DNA from: Octopus bimaculoides
Taxonomy: Eukaryota
Assembly: GCF_001194135.2 (NCBI RefSeq)
Contig: NC_068984.1
Span: forward strand, 91,603,423-91,667,422
Reading direction: 5' to 3'
Length of the DNA stretch: 64,000 nt
Shown here: positions 36,878-50,900 of the stretch, piece after piece
How the letters are laid out: each line of letters begins with the position of its first letter
Numbering within the stretch: the first letter of the stretch is position 1
Notes under the pieces: model-generated
The model's input: the letters and a program-made list of their open reading frames with translations, nothing else
Database searches by the model: none
Told to the model about the DNA's origin: nothing
Translations under genes and position numbers: made by a program

Positions 36878-36971
36878 TAACCCGCTGTGAATGAAGATAA
36901 TACAGGTGCTCCAGCAGTGGCTATCCAGTCAATATGTCGTTAAATATAGAGTTTATATAAAGATGTGAAGC
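36878..36971 (+). other. Candidate upstream non-coding exon of TMEM169
   Basis: atacttctgtttcag acceptor and C|gtatgt donor in unique, CpG-retaining sequence. The link to TMEM169 is inferred only. Confidence 0.3.
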
Positions 36972-38659
36972 GTATGTATCTTATGCAAATAACACCTAGA
37001 ATACCTTCGTGTTATTTCCAATTATAGTGTTATTGAAACGGAAGTATAATTTGAAGAACTATACGATCTTGCAAGTAGTGTAAGTCAAGATTGTAGCAGC
37101 GTATGAAGTGAAACTAAGTAATTTTATAATTTCCATTTCAGTTTTTCATTTCACTTGTGAATCTTTTCGACGGGTTAGTTAAATATGAAATAACTTCCTT
37201 ACCACGCATGTCGTATGCGCTTACCAACACATAGACACGCACAAACACACGTGTGTGCGTGCGTGTGTCTATGTGTAAAGTATTAAATCATTTTGCCGGC
37301 TACTAAATTGTAAGTGGCTTCTTGGTGCATCATATTGGATATGAAGATTTTTTATTTGTTTAAAATTACTATTTATAGGATTATTGAAAACCACCACAAT
37401 TGCTGGTGACATTTCTGTTGTCAGTGTTGTAGTTCACGCGAAAATATTCTCTGGAAGATCATTTTTATCAGAGCAAGCAAGTTATGTAACTAACATCAAA
37501 ATATTTTTTGCGTGTAAATGCATTTTTTTTCTTAAATACGAGATATTGCATGTAAGTATTTAGAATATATGATAATATATTATAAATAATTAGTGGAGTA
37601 AACAATAACCAGCCTTACAATATCCTATTCGTTTTATCACGATCTGAATACAACTACAACTATGATTGTATCGTTATTCGGGAGACTATATTCCTCCACC
37701 CCACCCCAAATAAAAGGGAATAGCACAGAAAACCGTTTATTATTGTTAACATTTTTAGTATATGAATAAATAAAGAGATCACTTTCTAGTAACATAACTA
37801 ATTTTTTCTCATACATGTAATTAAAGTATTTCTGAATTGCTCAGCGTGTTCCTAGAGAGGGTGTAACGATATGTACAGCCGGGATCAGATATAATCGACC
37901 TTACTCCCTCCAAATTTAATGCTCTGTGGTTGAAAGCCCTCCCTTTCAGTTTTCGGCTATGAAAAGCTTACCGTAAGTGATACGCTGTCAGACCAAATTC
38001 GAAACCATGTGGTTGCCAAGCAAAATTCTTAATCACACAGCGATGACTGCCCATTCACACACACACACACACACACACATGTATTCTTATAGGTGGATAA
38101 TACCTATGGAAAAAGACATCATCCTTATGCGTTCATTTGGTTGTATAGGTACAGTTACGTGTATACAATTGTTCATGGTAGAAATTCTAACAAATATCTA
38201 TAGTAGCATAGTCTCCTCAGTCGTACACTTCCCAACATATTCAGTTTAAAATTTCTTAATAGACAGCTAATAACACCAATTCAACCTCAGCCTGACCCAC
38301 AAAAACTGTTTCCCTACATCCAGCCAAATTAAATCTCCTTACCATAGCTTTGTATCAACCCACGTTCTATAAACATATTTTCTTCCTATCTCTATCTAGC
38401 CTTCCTTTCTACACAATTAGTATTTCATCTGTATCACACTGTATCATTCACGAAGTCGCCGACCTTACTAAAACTTGCCAAAGACTATATAAAGCTACTG
38501 CCTCCCTCCCCAATAAATCACAGCTTGATGAAATTGAACAAGCCAAAACTTCGAAGTCACTATGTAAAAAATTAATATGTACTCTAGCAAAAAAATATCG
38601 AGTAATGTTAAATTGTCTCTATGACTTGACATAAAAACAGTATTAATATTCTTTTACTT

Positions 38660-38951
38660 GTTTCTTGTGGCCCTTGCTGGAGCACCACCTTGAAGGGTTT
38701 TAGTCAAACAAATCGATTCCAAGGCTTTTATGTTTTAAAGCTTAGTACTTATTCTATTGGTCTCTTTTGCTGAACTCCTAAGTTATATGGACGTCAACAC
38801 ACCAACACCGGTTGTCAAACGGTGCTGGGGAGACGGGACAAACACACACACATGACAGACTTCTTTCAGTTTCTGTCTAGTAGAAGAAACTCCCAAGGTA
38901 CCATGCAGTGGGACTGAATCTGGAACCATGTGGCTGGGAAGCAAGCTTCTT
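38660..38951 (-). mobile_element. SINE split by the ORF1-only element; its 5' end resumes at 40431-40470
   Basis: Family tail and head interrupted exactly at the duplicated 17-mer. Confidence 0.8.
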
Positions 38952-40430
38952 TATTTCTTTTAAATTGCCATAAAGGCATTACATAGAGGAGGACACTACA
39001 ACACGCGGGGATATATAACAATTAAAATATGATGCTATGGATGACATATGAAAATGAACATGAAAAACATTAAAATCAAAATATTAAAATTATGATTCAT
39101 GAATGATAAATGAGAAAGGAGAATATGAAAAGTGTGTTACTCACCCCACACTGAGTAACACTACTCGCCACCTCTGAGTCTCAAGTCCTCTTTAGTCTTT
39201 GATCTAGTCTTTCGTTTAGCGTTTTCCCTATCGCTCAGTGACAACACTCTCTCCTCCATGTACTCTTCTCCCCTTTTTTACCAGGGGTGGGGCTTGTAGA
39301 TTTTGTGGTGTCTGTTCTTTTTTTTTCCTGTGGGGAGAGAGGGTGGGTGGGTTTGGTGTTTGTATGGGGAGGGTGGGTCAGAGTAGTCTTGGGTGGGATG
39401 GAGTTGGTCTGGGGTCCCACATCACACTGACTGTTCTTCCTCTTTTTCCCTTTATTCTCTGTCACAGCCCATTCATCCTCCTTGTTCCTTCCTTCTATCT
39501 GTACTTCTTCCTTTTTATCCTCCATCTCCACCACCACTTCTGCTGTTTTCCACTGCAGAGGGCAGTGCGTTCTAATGTGGCCCTTTTAGCCACATTTAAA
39601 ACATCGTAGGATTCTGCCCTCCACCCACACTCTTAACACAATCTCTCTCAACGTCACCGTTTCCACCAAACTCTCCAATTGCCTCTCCTCTGCCTGTATA
39701 ATGAGGTCCAGTGTTGTTTTTCCTCTCCATCCTCTGTCCTCCGTTTCCGTGGTTTGGATGACAGCCATCTCCTCCTCACTTCCAACGAGTACGGCTGCCG
39801 CAACCCAAGCCACTTCTATATCAGGTGGAATTCCTTCTACCCTCACCTTAGAAGTCTTTCTTCCAAGGTACGTGGGTAGAAGTACCATTTCCTCCATTTT
39901 TACAGTTGCACTCACTAGCCTCCTTGCCTCCTCCGCTGTCCTAAACTGGACAACCACCGTCCCATCTCCATTTCCTTTTGCTATGTATGTCACTTCCTTC
40001 AAAAGCCCCTTAAATGCTTTTTCTACTTTTTCCATCTCCATCCGCTCCACCTGCCTATTCTCCACTGAGAACATCTTGTAGGTAATGGTCTTCTTTTCCA
40101 TATTTTCCATAACCCTTTTTGGGGGTAATGACTTTACGTCACCGTCCACCTTCTGTGTCATCTTACTCAGCTCCTTCAGTCCGGCTAGGTGCACTTCCCT
40201 TTTCTTCACATCTGCAGCCTCAGCAAAACTCTTTATTCTTTCCAAATGCTCGTCCATTCTATTTACCGCCTTAACGAGCTCCTCCTCTGCTGAGGACAGC
40301 TCATATTCGCTAAGGTCCAAATACATTCCTTTCCACTGGTACAACACTCACCGACAAACCACTGCCAAGCAGCACAAAAATTCCGTCCGACTCATCAAAA
40401 ATCAACACATCGAATAGACCGACAGATGCA
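38952..40430 (-). mobile_element. Complete ORF1-only (HAL1-like) non-autonomous retroelement
   Basis: 17-bp TSD TGGGAAGCAAGCTTCTT (38935-38951 and 40431-40447); one frame 40326-39235 with an RRM-like region and a CCHC knuckle CFKCG*KGHIRTHC broken by one TAA; 283-nt 3'UTR; no ORF2. Confidence 0.82.
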
Positions 40431-40619
40431 TGGGAAGCAAGCTTCTTATCATACAGCCACGCCCGCACCTATAAATATACAGAAGCTACCAAAAAATGTA
40501 TACACACTTCAGGAAAAGAAGAATCTGTATGAATACTTAACTTGTAAAAGTATCTTTATAAATACAAATACCTCTTCCGATGTTTTATCAAATTGCAATA
40601 ACACTGAATAAAAATATTT

Positions 40620-43600
40620 ATGCAGATTTTTCCACAGCAACCCTCAAGAAGCATGGAGGTGAGTTTAAGAGAGGGTATGGGTGTCCATTAGGACGGGGAA
40701 AGGAGGGAGAATAAAAAATGGTTAGAGATGAGGGTAGAGGTGAATGTAGTGAGTGCTGAACAGAAGTGGAAGTGTAGCTTGATGGGAAATATCAGTATGG
40801 GTGGGGTGGAATAAGATGTGAGAGATAGGAGTAGATCAAGAAATAGGGGGAAATTAGTGAGGCATTAGAATGGTGGGGTGGGAGTACAGGAGTACATAAG
40901 GGTGGCTAGAGTGAGTGGGGTATAGTGGCAGATACTAGAGGGCATTGATAGCAGGTATGAGAGGTGTTACGTTGAAGTATGATAGAGGAGAGAGAGTGTA
41001 AACTGGATGCACAGAAAGGAGGTGATCAGGGAAAATAATGTGGGAAGAGGTGATGAGAGTGAGGCATGGAAGTGGTATTTAATATGTGCTGAGACTGGAT
41101 GGATGTTAGGGGAAGATGGGGGTAATGGAGATGGGATGTGGGATATGTTTGATGAGACAAAATGGGTGTAGGGGTAAAGCCCAGCATGTACAAGCATAAA
41201 CAAAGTGTTTTTAGAATCTCCTTTTTGCTGTGATGGAGAGATCTTCTTGAGAAGCAATTTGCTTCTTGTATTTCCATAGGTACAGCATATGGGATTTGTA
41301 CCTATCCTTTTCTGCATATTGAGCAAGGTTATTTCCCTGAAGATACTAGAGTCCTGTTTTCTTTTCCGCTAAACCTTTAGTCCTTACTACTTTCACCTTG
41401 AGGCTCTTTGATTCGGGGTTTAACTTCTAAGTCTGAATTTCCTTTCTTATTTCTCTGTAGACTCAGCTATGAGAACTAGATTATTAGCATACAAGATTTC
41501 CCATGTGCAGCCAGTTTTAAACTTCTCTGTGTTAGCCTGTAGAACTATGATTTATTGGAGGAGATTGAGGTTTGAACCTTGATGGATTCCTACCCTCATG
41601 CCAAATTCCTCACTGAAATTGATGCTGACTCTCACTTTACCTACTGCATCTTTGTACATAGCTTGTCCACACTCACAAGCCATATGACTACACCTAGTTT
41701 CCTGGATGACTACCAAATTACTGAGCATGGCACACTGTCAACTGTCTCCTCCAAGACAAAGAATGCTAGGAATAGTAGTTTACAGTTAGCCAAGTACTTC
41801 TGAAGTTGACTTACTAGGAATATTGCATCTGTAGTACACTTTCTGGGCACAAAGCCAAACTGCTTCTCTTTTAGGTTATGGATGAATTTTGCAATAACTT
41901 TCTCCATGGTCTTCATAACCTGATCCAGTAATTTGGTTCTCTCATAATTAACAAAAGGGTGGAGAGCAGCAGTGTAATGAATCTGTAGATAAATGAAAGT
42001 GGTGCAATGATGTGTGGGATGAAAAAGAGAGAGAGAGAGATGTAGTGACAGATGGTGGTCAGAGATACACAGGGGTGGATATAGTGAGTAGCAAAGTTAG
42101 GGGTGTTTATGGTAAATATTAAAGCAGATAAGAGAGAGTATTACAGATGAAGTATGGTGGTCATAAGATGTAGCTCAAGGTGAAGGGAAAGATAACTGGT
42201 GGCACAAAAGAAATGATCGGGCAAAAATAAAGTGAGAAGGGGTGATGTTGAAATGAGGGATAGATATCAAAAAGAAGTGGTTCCTAAGACAGGAATAACT
42301 GGTGGCACAAAAGATGGCATTTGTGCAGTTTGTTTCTCATATACTTACAGCAGCTGAATAATACTGTAATTAGAAGAGTAATGGAAAGAAGAGGTTAGGT
42401 GAGGTGGGGAAGGCCTGACAAGAACAGATTGAGTGTGGGAGCAAGGCCCAGTGTGTGTTTAGACATAAACATAGTGCTTTTAGGACCTTAATTTTGTTGT
42501 GGAGGGTGGGTCTTCTTGAGCACAGCAAAGCACCAACTGTCTTTCTTTTTTTCATTTCCTCTGTGAGTCCTGACATCCTGAGTTTGATCTTCACTATTCT
42601 GTCTCATGTCTTTCTGGATCTCTCTCTTTCATAGCTCCACCCAAATTTACTATCATTTCTTTATGTAGCATAGCTGTTCATAAAGAAGCATCATACAATC
42701 TGCCTTTCACTCTGAGGTGGAAACCTTTACTTATCTACAGAGATTATAGTGTTCTGAACTTTTTCCAGCTTATTCCTATTCTAGCAGTTATACTTTCAGA
42801 GCATCCTCCTCCACTGCTAATTAGGTAATCTTAGTAACAAAACCTATCCACTACCTCCAGGTCTCCTCCTGATCGTTTGATAAAATCTACTTTTTGTATG
42901 TTCTTACTGTTTATTGCACCTGTGCATCTGCCACCTTGTGATTCCATGTACCTCAGGTGTGTCTACAATTTGCATTGGGTACACAGTATGGCATTTCTAT
43001 GTACAGTAATCCCTTGATTATCGCAGGTGTTATGTTCTAAAACCTCCCGCAGAAATAATTAAAATCTAAAAAAATTATAACTACCTATCGGTCGCAGAAA
43101 CCTAGATATACTGAGTGCTCGATAGGTGAACCATGATATGGTGAGGGATTACTGTACATCTTTTCTACATAATGAACAGGACCATTTTCCTGAAGGGTGT
43201 AGAGTCCTGTCTATTTTCTTGTTTAATAGAATAAAACATTTTTGGCCCTTTGATTCCAGAATTTGCTTTCACACATGGGATTTTATAATTTTGCTACAGA
43301 TTCAGCTATAACAGTGACATCATCATTGTAAAGAAGTTCCCATGGGTAAGTGGTCTTAAACTCTTTAGTTATGGCTTGAATGCCTATGACAAATAGGAGG
43401 GGACTAAGAGCTGACCTCTAGTGAACTCCTATCTGCACACTAAATTCATTGCTGTATTCATTGCTAACTCTTGTAACATGGCTTGTATGGCTCTCAGAAT
43501 CCATTTGTCTACTCATAGCTTCTGCAGCAATCACCAGATCAGAGATCAAAGAATTCTTTTGAAGGCTTTCTTCAGGTTGAAGAATGCTAAGTGCAGCAGT

Positions 43601-46600
43601 TTTGGCTAAATACTTCTACATTACTAGAAAGAGTACATCATTTAGTACTTCCCCGATATAAAATCATAATCATCCAAGCTAATTCACCACTTCATCAATT
43701 GAGCTCTAGCTGTTTCCATAACTTTTGTGACCTGGTCCAGCAAATTGGTACCTCCCTCTAAGGCATCTCCATTACCTTTGTGACAGTTGAATATAATGTT
43801 GCTATGCTAATTGTTGGGTATGATACATTCCTGCACAACCTGATTAGCTATACAAGGGACTAGGCAATATCATACTTTGCCAGATATTTTAAGCATCATA
43901 TAAGTAATTTCCAATGGACCAAGGGCTTTCCTTGCTGTCATATCCTTAATTGCTTTATCATACTGCTGTCAGACCAGTTATTCTGGCTGGTCTCTCTGAC
44001 AGGTTCACATTAGGAAAAGTGTCTTTCTCCCATGCATTCTCCACATTTAATAGCCTTTCATAGTAGTACTTCTCTATCTCGTTCTTTTCAGAATCACTTA
44101 TTACCAGTGCACCATTATCCCTCCCTACACACTTCTATTTACAAAATCTTGATTTTCTGATACTCACACTGTAGAACATTAGCAAACTTCTTTCTGCAGC
44201 TCCTTTTGTTAAGTAACCCTATTGCCTAGCTTCTTTTCTAGCTAACTGATATAATTCTCTGCTGCCCCCATTTTTCTCGTCTTTTCAGTCTTGTCACTTC
44301 TCTTATATGGCATTGTCTACCTTATTGTTCTACCATGACATTATCCCTGGTCTGTCTGGAACTTTGCACCAACTACAGATGTTGTCTAATCTTCAATAGT
44401 TTGTCTCATAGGAAGTTCTAGTTGCCTTTTGTGCTCTTCACCTCTCTGTCTCTTTCCTTCTTGTCAAATACTTTGACTAGTATTTCTCTAAATGTCTAAC
44501 TGTCCAATGGATCTTTAAGCTTCTATATCCTTTTCCAAACTAGTTTGCATATCTGAGTACTTCTAGTTCTAAGCTACTAGCCATTAACCTATGTTGGGTT
44601 GTACATTCTTTACAAGAGAAGGACTTCATATTTACTAGTGTCTGTCTATTCCATTCTCTGGTGAGAATGTAGTTAAACTGACTTGTGTACATACCAAATC
44701 AATGGGTGATCAGGTGGTTGGAGTCCATTGGAGTGCTGCTCAACATGTCCATTGAAGTCATCAGCCACAATGAGGTCATTGTCATTTATCATTGAGGTAA
44801 GCTGCAAAAGGGCCTCATAAAATTGCCCCCTCTCTTCACATGCGTGTCCAGTGTTTCCAAGCAAAAGGGGTTACTGGTAGCACAAGGGAAAGGAATATGT
44901 GTAGTTCTGCTTCCATATAATTACAAAAGCTGAGAAATAATATAATTAGTGGGTGAAGGAAGGATTAGTGTTATGCAAATGAGTTGCTGGAAAGGCTTGA
45001 CAGGTAGAGATTGGGTGCAGGGTCATAAACATTAGCAATATGCTTTTAGGGCTTCCTTTTTGCTGAGGTCTTTTTAAGCTTGGCAAATAGTCATTCATCT
45101 CAGTTATTTGTCATCTTGCTTTGTGAGGCTCAATAACCTGAGGTCAGACTTCACAACTTTCTTGGTCTCTCTCTTCCATGAGTTTCATCCTTATTTAGTG
45201 ATTGGCACTTCTTTATGTAGCTGTCCTCATCCATATGTATCTTTTGCACATTACAGCTGATGCCTCATATGCTCAATTTTTCTCTCAATAGATTTGTACT
45301 TTGTAGTACAAGTGCACTAACATTGCACATCCAGCAGAGCATGTTTCTAGTTTTTGCATGTTCTCTGCATTCACAGCTCATGTTTCACCACCATGTAACA
45401 TTACTATTCATACACAAGCATCCTATAATCTACCTTTCACTCTGATAGAGGCCTTTTGTAACATAAGAGTTCTCTGAACTTTCTCCTACTGGTTCATATT
45501 CTAGTAACTGTACTTTCAGACCACCCTCCTCCACTACTAATTTGATTACATTGATAACAGAAATTGTCTATTACCTCTAGGGATCTTCCTGGGCATTTGA
45601 GAAAATCTGTCTCCTCTGTGTTCTTAGTGTTAATTGTTCCTGCACATCTGCCCAGAGTCTACTTTCTCTTTTAATCTTTCAGTGATTCCATTGCATCTCT
45701 TACGTATTTATAGTTTCCACTGGACATACTGGATGGAATTACTACATAAACCATTTCTGCATACAAAACAGAACCATTTTCCTAAAGGGATGAGCATAGT
45801 GTCTATTCTACTTCTTACTAGAACTTTGGTTTTTTTCTAAGTTAACATTAAAGTACCTTGATTCCAGGTATGGCTGCTATACATGAAATTTCTTTTCTAA
45901 TTTTGCTATAAGACACAGTAATCATCATAAAGGAGTTCCGTGAGCAAATGTTCTTAGAACCCTCTGTTATGGCCTGGAGAAGAATGATAAATAGGAGGGG
46001 ACTGAGAACCAAGCCTAGGTGAACTCCTACCTACTCACTAAATTCGTCACTGTACTTGTTAACTCTCACCTTACTAACAGCTCTCACTAGCCATTCATGA
46101 ACTTCTACCTTTCATGGCAACCTTCAGATTAGAGAGCAAGGGATCCTGTTAAAAGCATTCTCTGGGTTGATGAAAGCCAAGTGGTTTACTTTTGGCTAAA
46201 TACTTCTGCTGTTGCCTTACTAGGAAGAGAGAATTAATGGTACTTCTTCCTGGCACAAAATCTAACTGTATCTCATCTAGTCTAACCCTCTTTGTAAGTA
46301 GTTATTCTATCACTATAAATTTCATGACCTTGTTCAGCAATTTGAAAGTGTTGTAATTACTTCTGTCTAAGGCATCTCCTTTACCTATTTAACAAATAAA
46401 TGATGTTGTTACACCAGTCATTGGGTATGATACCTTCCTGTACAACTTAAGTAACTACATCAGTGACTAGGCCATATCCCTCCACCAGATATTTTAAGTA
46501 TTTTAGTGATGGGCCAGGGGCTTTCCCTGTCTTCATATCCTTAATTTGTTTTTATTTTTCATACTACTATCAATGAAAATGGCCTGTCCCTCTGTCAGGC

Positions 46601-46760
46601 TCACATTTGGAAGGATCACTTTCTCTCATGCATCTCTACATTTAGCAACCTTTCGTAATAGTACTTCTATGATTTTTTTTTCAGAACCATTAAGTACAAG
46701 TGTACCATTATCTATCCACACACACTTCTGTCTGTCTGATTGACCATCCATAAGTCCGTG
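40620..46760 (-). mobile_element. Stack of about three head-to-tail, heavily decayed RTE LINE remnants
   Basis: Repeated QFGFVP..TTDAIF, GSVLSP and PHD-like remnants at ~41340-41960, 42600-44865 and 45100-46760, separated by purine-rich (on +) 3'UTR segments; inner boundaries approximate. Confidence 0.8.
43004..43154. mobile_element. Tc1/mariner- or pogo-type MITE inside an RTE remnant
   Basis: TA|CAGTAATCCCT ... AGGGATTACTG|TA. Confidence 0.85.
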
Positions 46761-47457
46761 TGTGTGTGTGTTTGCTGGGATTGTATTTTTATCTTTAGAT
46801 TTGAAAGCTTTGTAGGCTTTCTGTTTAAAACAATGTTCTCTAGATATGGTGTATGTTTGTAATGAAACCTACTTGGTTTGATAGAATATATAGAAATAAT
46901 ATCTCAAATCTAAGATATGTTTGTGACCATCATTAAAATTCAAAACCTTTTGTATTATGTCTGAAATAGGTTTTTTGATTACTGAGTTAAAGACGTGTTT
47001 GCTAACTGATTAGTGTTTCACATTGTCACCAGTGCTGTGCCCATAGTTTACATATTTAACATTCACTAACCTAGATACAGAATGGCTATTAAGAGAAAGT
47101 ACTTATCACCACTACTTCAAATTGTATAACTAACGCATACTTTGGTCAAATGCATTACTTGAATTAAGTTTCATTGAGCAAACTCTTTGATAGACTGGAC
47201 TCCTGTACATGTGTAATGTAGAAAGGTCTGATCTCGATGGAGAAAGAGAGAGAGAGAGAGAGAAATGACTCAAACACACAACTCTTTGAAATCTTACATA
47301 ATTTTATTCTATAGCACATCTTCCAATATTAGCAATAATAGGAAGAAAACTTACGATTGAAATAGCTTCCTAAAATCCAGATGACTATGCCTCAGAATAG
47401 TTTCCAGATAAATCAAATTCCTATATTATATCTAAATATATTGAAAAATAGTAAATA

Positions 47458-47835
47458 GGCACAGGAGTGGCTGTGTGGTAAGTAGCTTGCTTACCAACCA
47501 CATGGTTCCGAGTTCAGTCCCACTGCGTGGCATCTTAGGCAAGTGTCTTCTACTATAGCCTTGGGCTGACCAAAGTCTTGTGAGTGGATTTGGTAGAGGG
47601 AAACTGAAAGAAGCCCATCATATATATATATATGTATATGTCTGCGTGTCTGTGTTTGTCCCCCCCCCCCCCATCGCTTGACAACCAATGCTGGTGTGTT
47701 TACATCCTTGTAACTTAGCGGTTCGGCAAAAGAGACCGATAGAATAAGTATCAGGTGTTGATTTGTTCAACTAAAGGTGGTGCTCCAACATGGCTGCAGT
47801 CAAATGACTGAAGCAAATAAAAGTAAAAGAGTAAA
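47458..47835 (+). mobile_element. Full-length tRNA-derived SINE
   Basis: Head, central microsatellite and tail as in 14808-15172. Confidence 0.88.
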
Positions 47836-47908
47836 GCATATGTCATAATGAAACCCTTCTAATCATGCTGGTATAGAAGAATGATTGTTAAAAGGATGAT
47901 AATTTCTC

Positions 47909-50900
47909 TCTATATAAAATCTTTTGTCTGTCTGTTCCCTATGCATTCTCAAATGGCTCCAGGAAACCAAATCAAATTTTATAAGGTAATAGTATTAGAC
48001 CCTGTGAGTGTGAACATGTAATTTTTATTTTCATTTGGGTTAAAACAATATAACATTTTATCTCAAATAATCTTTCTATAGTCACTATAGTAAAGGACAT
48101 TTTATACAACGACAACATCACAATTTGTATATGAGTGTGTCTGTGAAAGCGTGTGTGCTTGCGCATTCATTACATATGACATAGTGAAGGATATTTCTGA
48201 GTGTGTGTGTGTGTATTTGCGCGTTTGATATGTACAAGATAGTAAAGGACATTTTACACCACCATGACACATTTTGTATATGAGTGTGTGTGTGTTTGTG
48301 TGTTCATTACGTATGATATAGTAAAGGACATTTTACTTGATGATGACACATTTTCTATATGAGTGTGTATGTGTCTGTAAGTGTGTGTTTGCATGTTCAT
48401 TACATAAATGTATGTCTGTGTGTGGCTGTCTTAGTATATGTATGTGAGTGTATATGTGTGTGTCAGTGTATATGTGATTGCCTATTACACTGATGTAAAC
48501 TGGCCATGTGAAAGAGCTATACTGGCTCCAACTAATGAAATGGTTGATAAACTCAATCATGAACTTCTTCAAAAGTTAACAGATACATGAGAAATTACTT
48601 TTCCATCAATTCATGCAACAGTTGATCAAGATCAGGCTGTTCAATACTCTGTTGAATTTCTGAACACACTTAAATCCACTGGGATGCCACCGCATAACTT
48701 GACACTAAAGCTGGATGCTTCCATTATGTTGCATAGGAATCTTGACCCACCTTACCTGTGTAATGGAACTCACTTAATTGTTACTTCTATGAAGTAGAAT
48801 TGGAGAAGTTTCGGGTTTGGAAGCAAAACTTGGAATCAAAGGGCCTTGAATTTAACTTAGCTAAGACTAAAGTTGTTGTTAATGAGAAAGGAGATAAGAC
48901 TCTCATTCTGGCTGGCAAATTGCCCTGTTTAATATGTAGGAAAGGAATGGGATGTAATTCCATTCATTGCACCAAGTGTAACCTATGGATGCATAAGAGA
49001 TGCAATGGAACCGTGGGAAGATTGTCAGATAAGTTTGTTTTCGTGCGCAGGAACATTAAGTACTAAGAGCACGAGGGACTTAAACTCTCTCAAATGCCCA
49101 AGTGGCTCTCTTGAGGTAGTAAATAATTTCTGCTATTTAGGTGACCAAATTAGTAATGGCGATGGATGCTCTGAAAGTAATGTTTCTAGAATAAGAATGA
49201 GGTGGAGGAAGTTCAGAGAACTACTATCTCTGTTGACAGCAAAAGGACTCTCTCTCAGAGTGAAAAATAGGTTGTATGATGCTTGTGTGAGAACAGCTGT
49301 GTTACATAGTAGTGAGATATGGGTTCTGACTGTGGAGGACATGCATAAGCTGGAGAGGAATGAAGGTAGTATGCTTTGTTGGATTTGCAACATCAGTGTG
49401 CATAACTGACAAAGTACAACTGTGTTAAGAGAAAAGTTAGACATAAGAGGGATTAAATGTGGTATGCAAGAGAGGAGACCGCGTTGGTTTGGACATGTGA
49501 TGCGTATGAGTGAAGATAGCTGTATACAGAAGCGCCTGTCACTGAAAGGGGATGGTACCTGTGGAAGAGGGAGACTCAGGAAGACATGGGATGAAGTGGT
49601 GAGGACTGATCTTAGGATGTTGGGGGCTCATGGAGGAAATGGCAGTAGACTGAGATATTTGGCGCTATGCAGTCCTAGAGAAGACCTGTCCATGAAACTG
49701 AGTGCTAGAAGTGTTGTATCCCACCCACATGTAACAACACACTCTTCACCCACTCTACCCTAAGAAATCAGACTACAATTCCTCTTCTAAGCGCATCTTT
49801 CTCTTTCTCACATCTCCTCCGCATACATTATGATTGTTTTCCAATCCCCTTTCTTGCCTTCACTGCTGTGCTCACTGTATTACTGCTCCCCACCACCCAC
49901 ACCCATTCCCTATTTTTCTAACCAGGTTCTACACTCATATTCTTGTTACTTGTGAGTATACCCTAGCACTACACTATCTCTCTTCTGCTCTCTCTTACAC
50001 TTTTGCTGTTTCCTACTCTCTCTCTTTCTCTTTGGTCACTCTCTCTCTCTCCTTCTCTTGTTTTCCCTCTGACTAAGTAACCAAGTATCATCTTCACACT
50101 TGTTTCTGGCCTCTTTCTGTACCGCTCTATCACTGGGTAACCATGTACCTCCTCTATAGCAAGGTACCTATTTCTACCTCTCTATTTCTCTGTTACGCTG
50201 TAATCTTTCATCATTTAATATTGGATCACCTCCCCTAATGCTCTGTCTGTTGTGGCAAGACACCTGCTTCTGTCTCTTTGTCACACTCTAATTTTCATCC
50301 TCTGACACAAATGCCCTGCCCCTCTCATAATTCCTTGTCTTGTGAGTTACTTTGTTACCCTGCCAGTGCTGGTGCCATGTTAAAAGCATCTGTAATGTGG
50401 TTGGCATCTCGAAGAGCATCCAACTGTAAAAATCTTGCCAAAACTAACTTCGCCTGTGCTAGTGCCATGTAAAAAGCACTGAGTCCACTCTACAGAGTGG
50501 TTGGTGTTAGAAAGGGCATCCAGCCATAAAATTCCTGCCAAAACAAACACAGTAGCCTTGGGTAGATTTTCTACCTGGCTGGCTCCTGTCAACTGTACTA
50601 TTCATGCATGCATGGAAGATGGACATTAAACAATGATGATGATACCCCATGTCCTACAGGCAACAATCATAACAGGTAGTCACAAAGAAAATGTCTTTAT
50701 TCCAAAATTTCCTCTCATACCTACAGACGTTCCATTTGAATTTAAGAGGCTTCAGCTTCCAGTCAAATTAAGTTTTGGCATTTCAATTAACAAATCTCAA
50801 GGTCAATCCCTCAAGGTAGTTGGACTTCATCTCTCTACTACATGCTTCTCTCATGGCCAACTCTATGTTGGTTGCTCTGGAGTTGGAAGCAGCAACAGTT

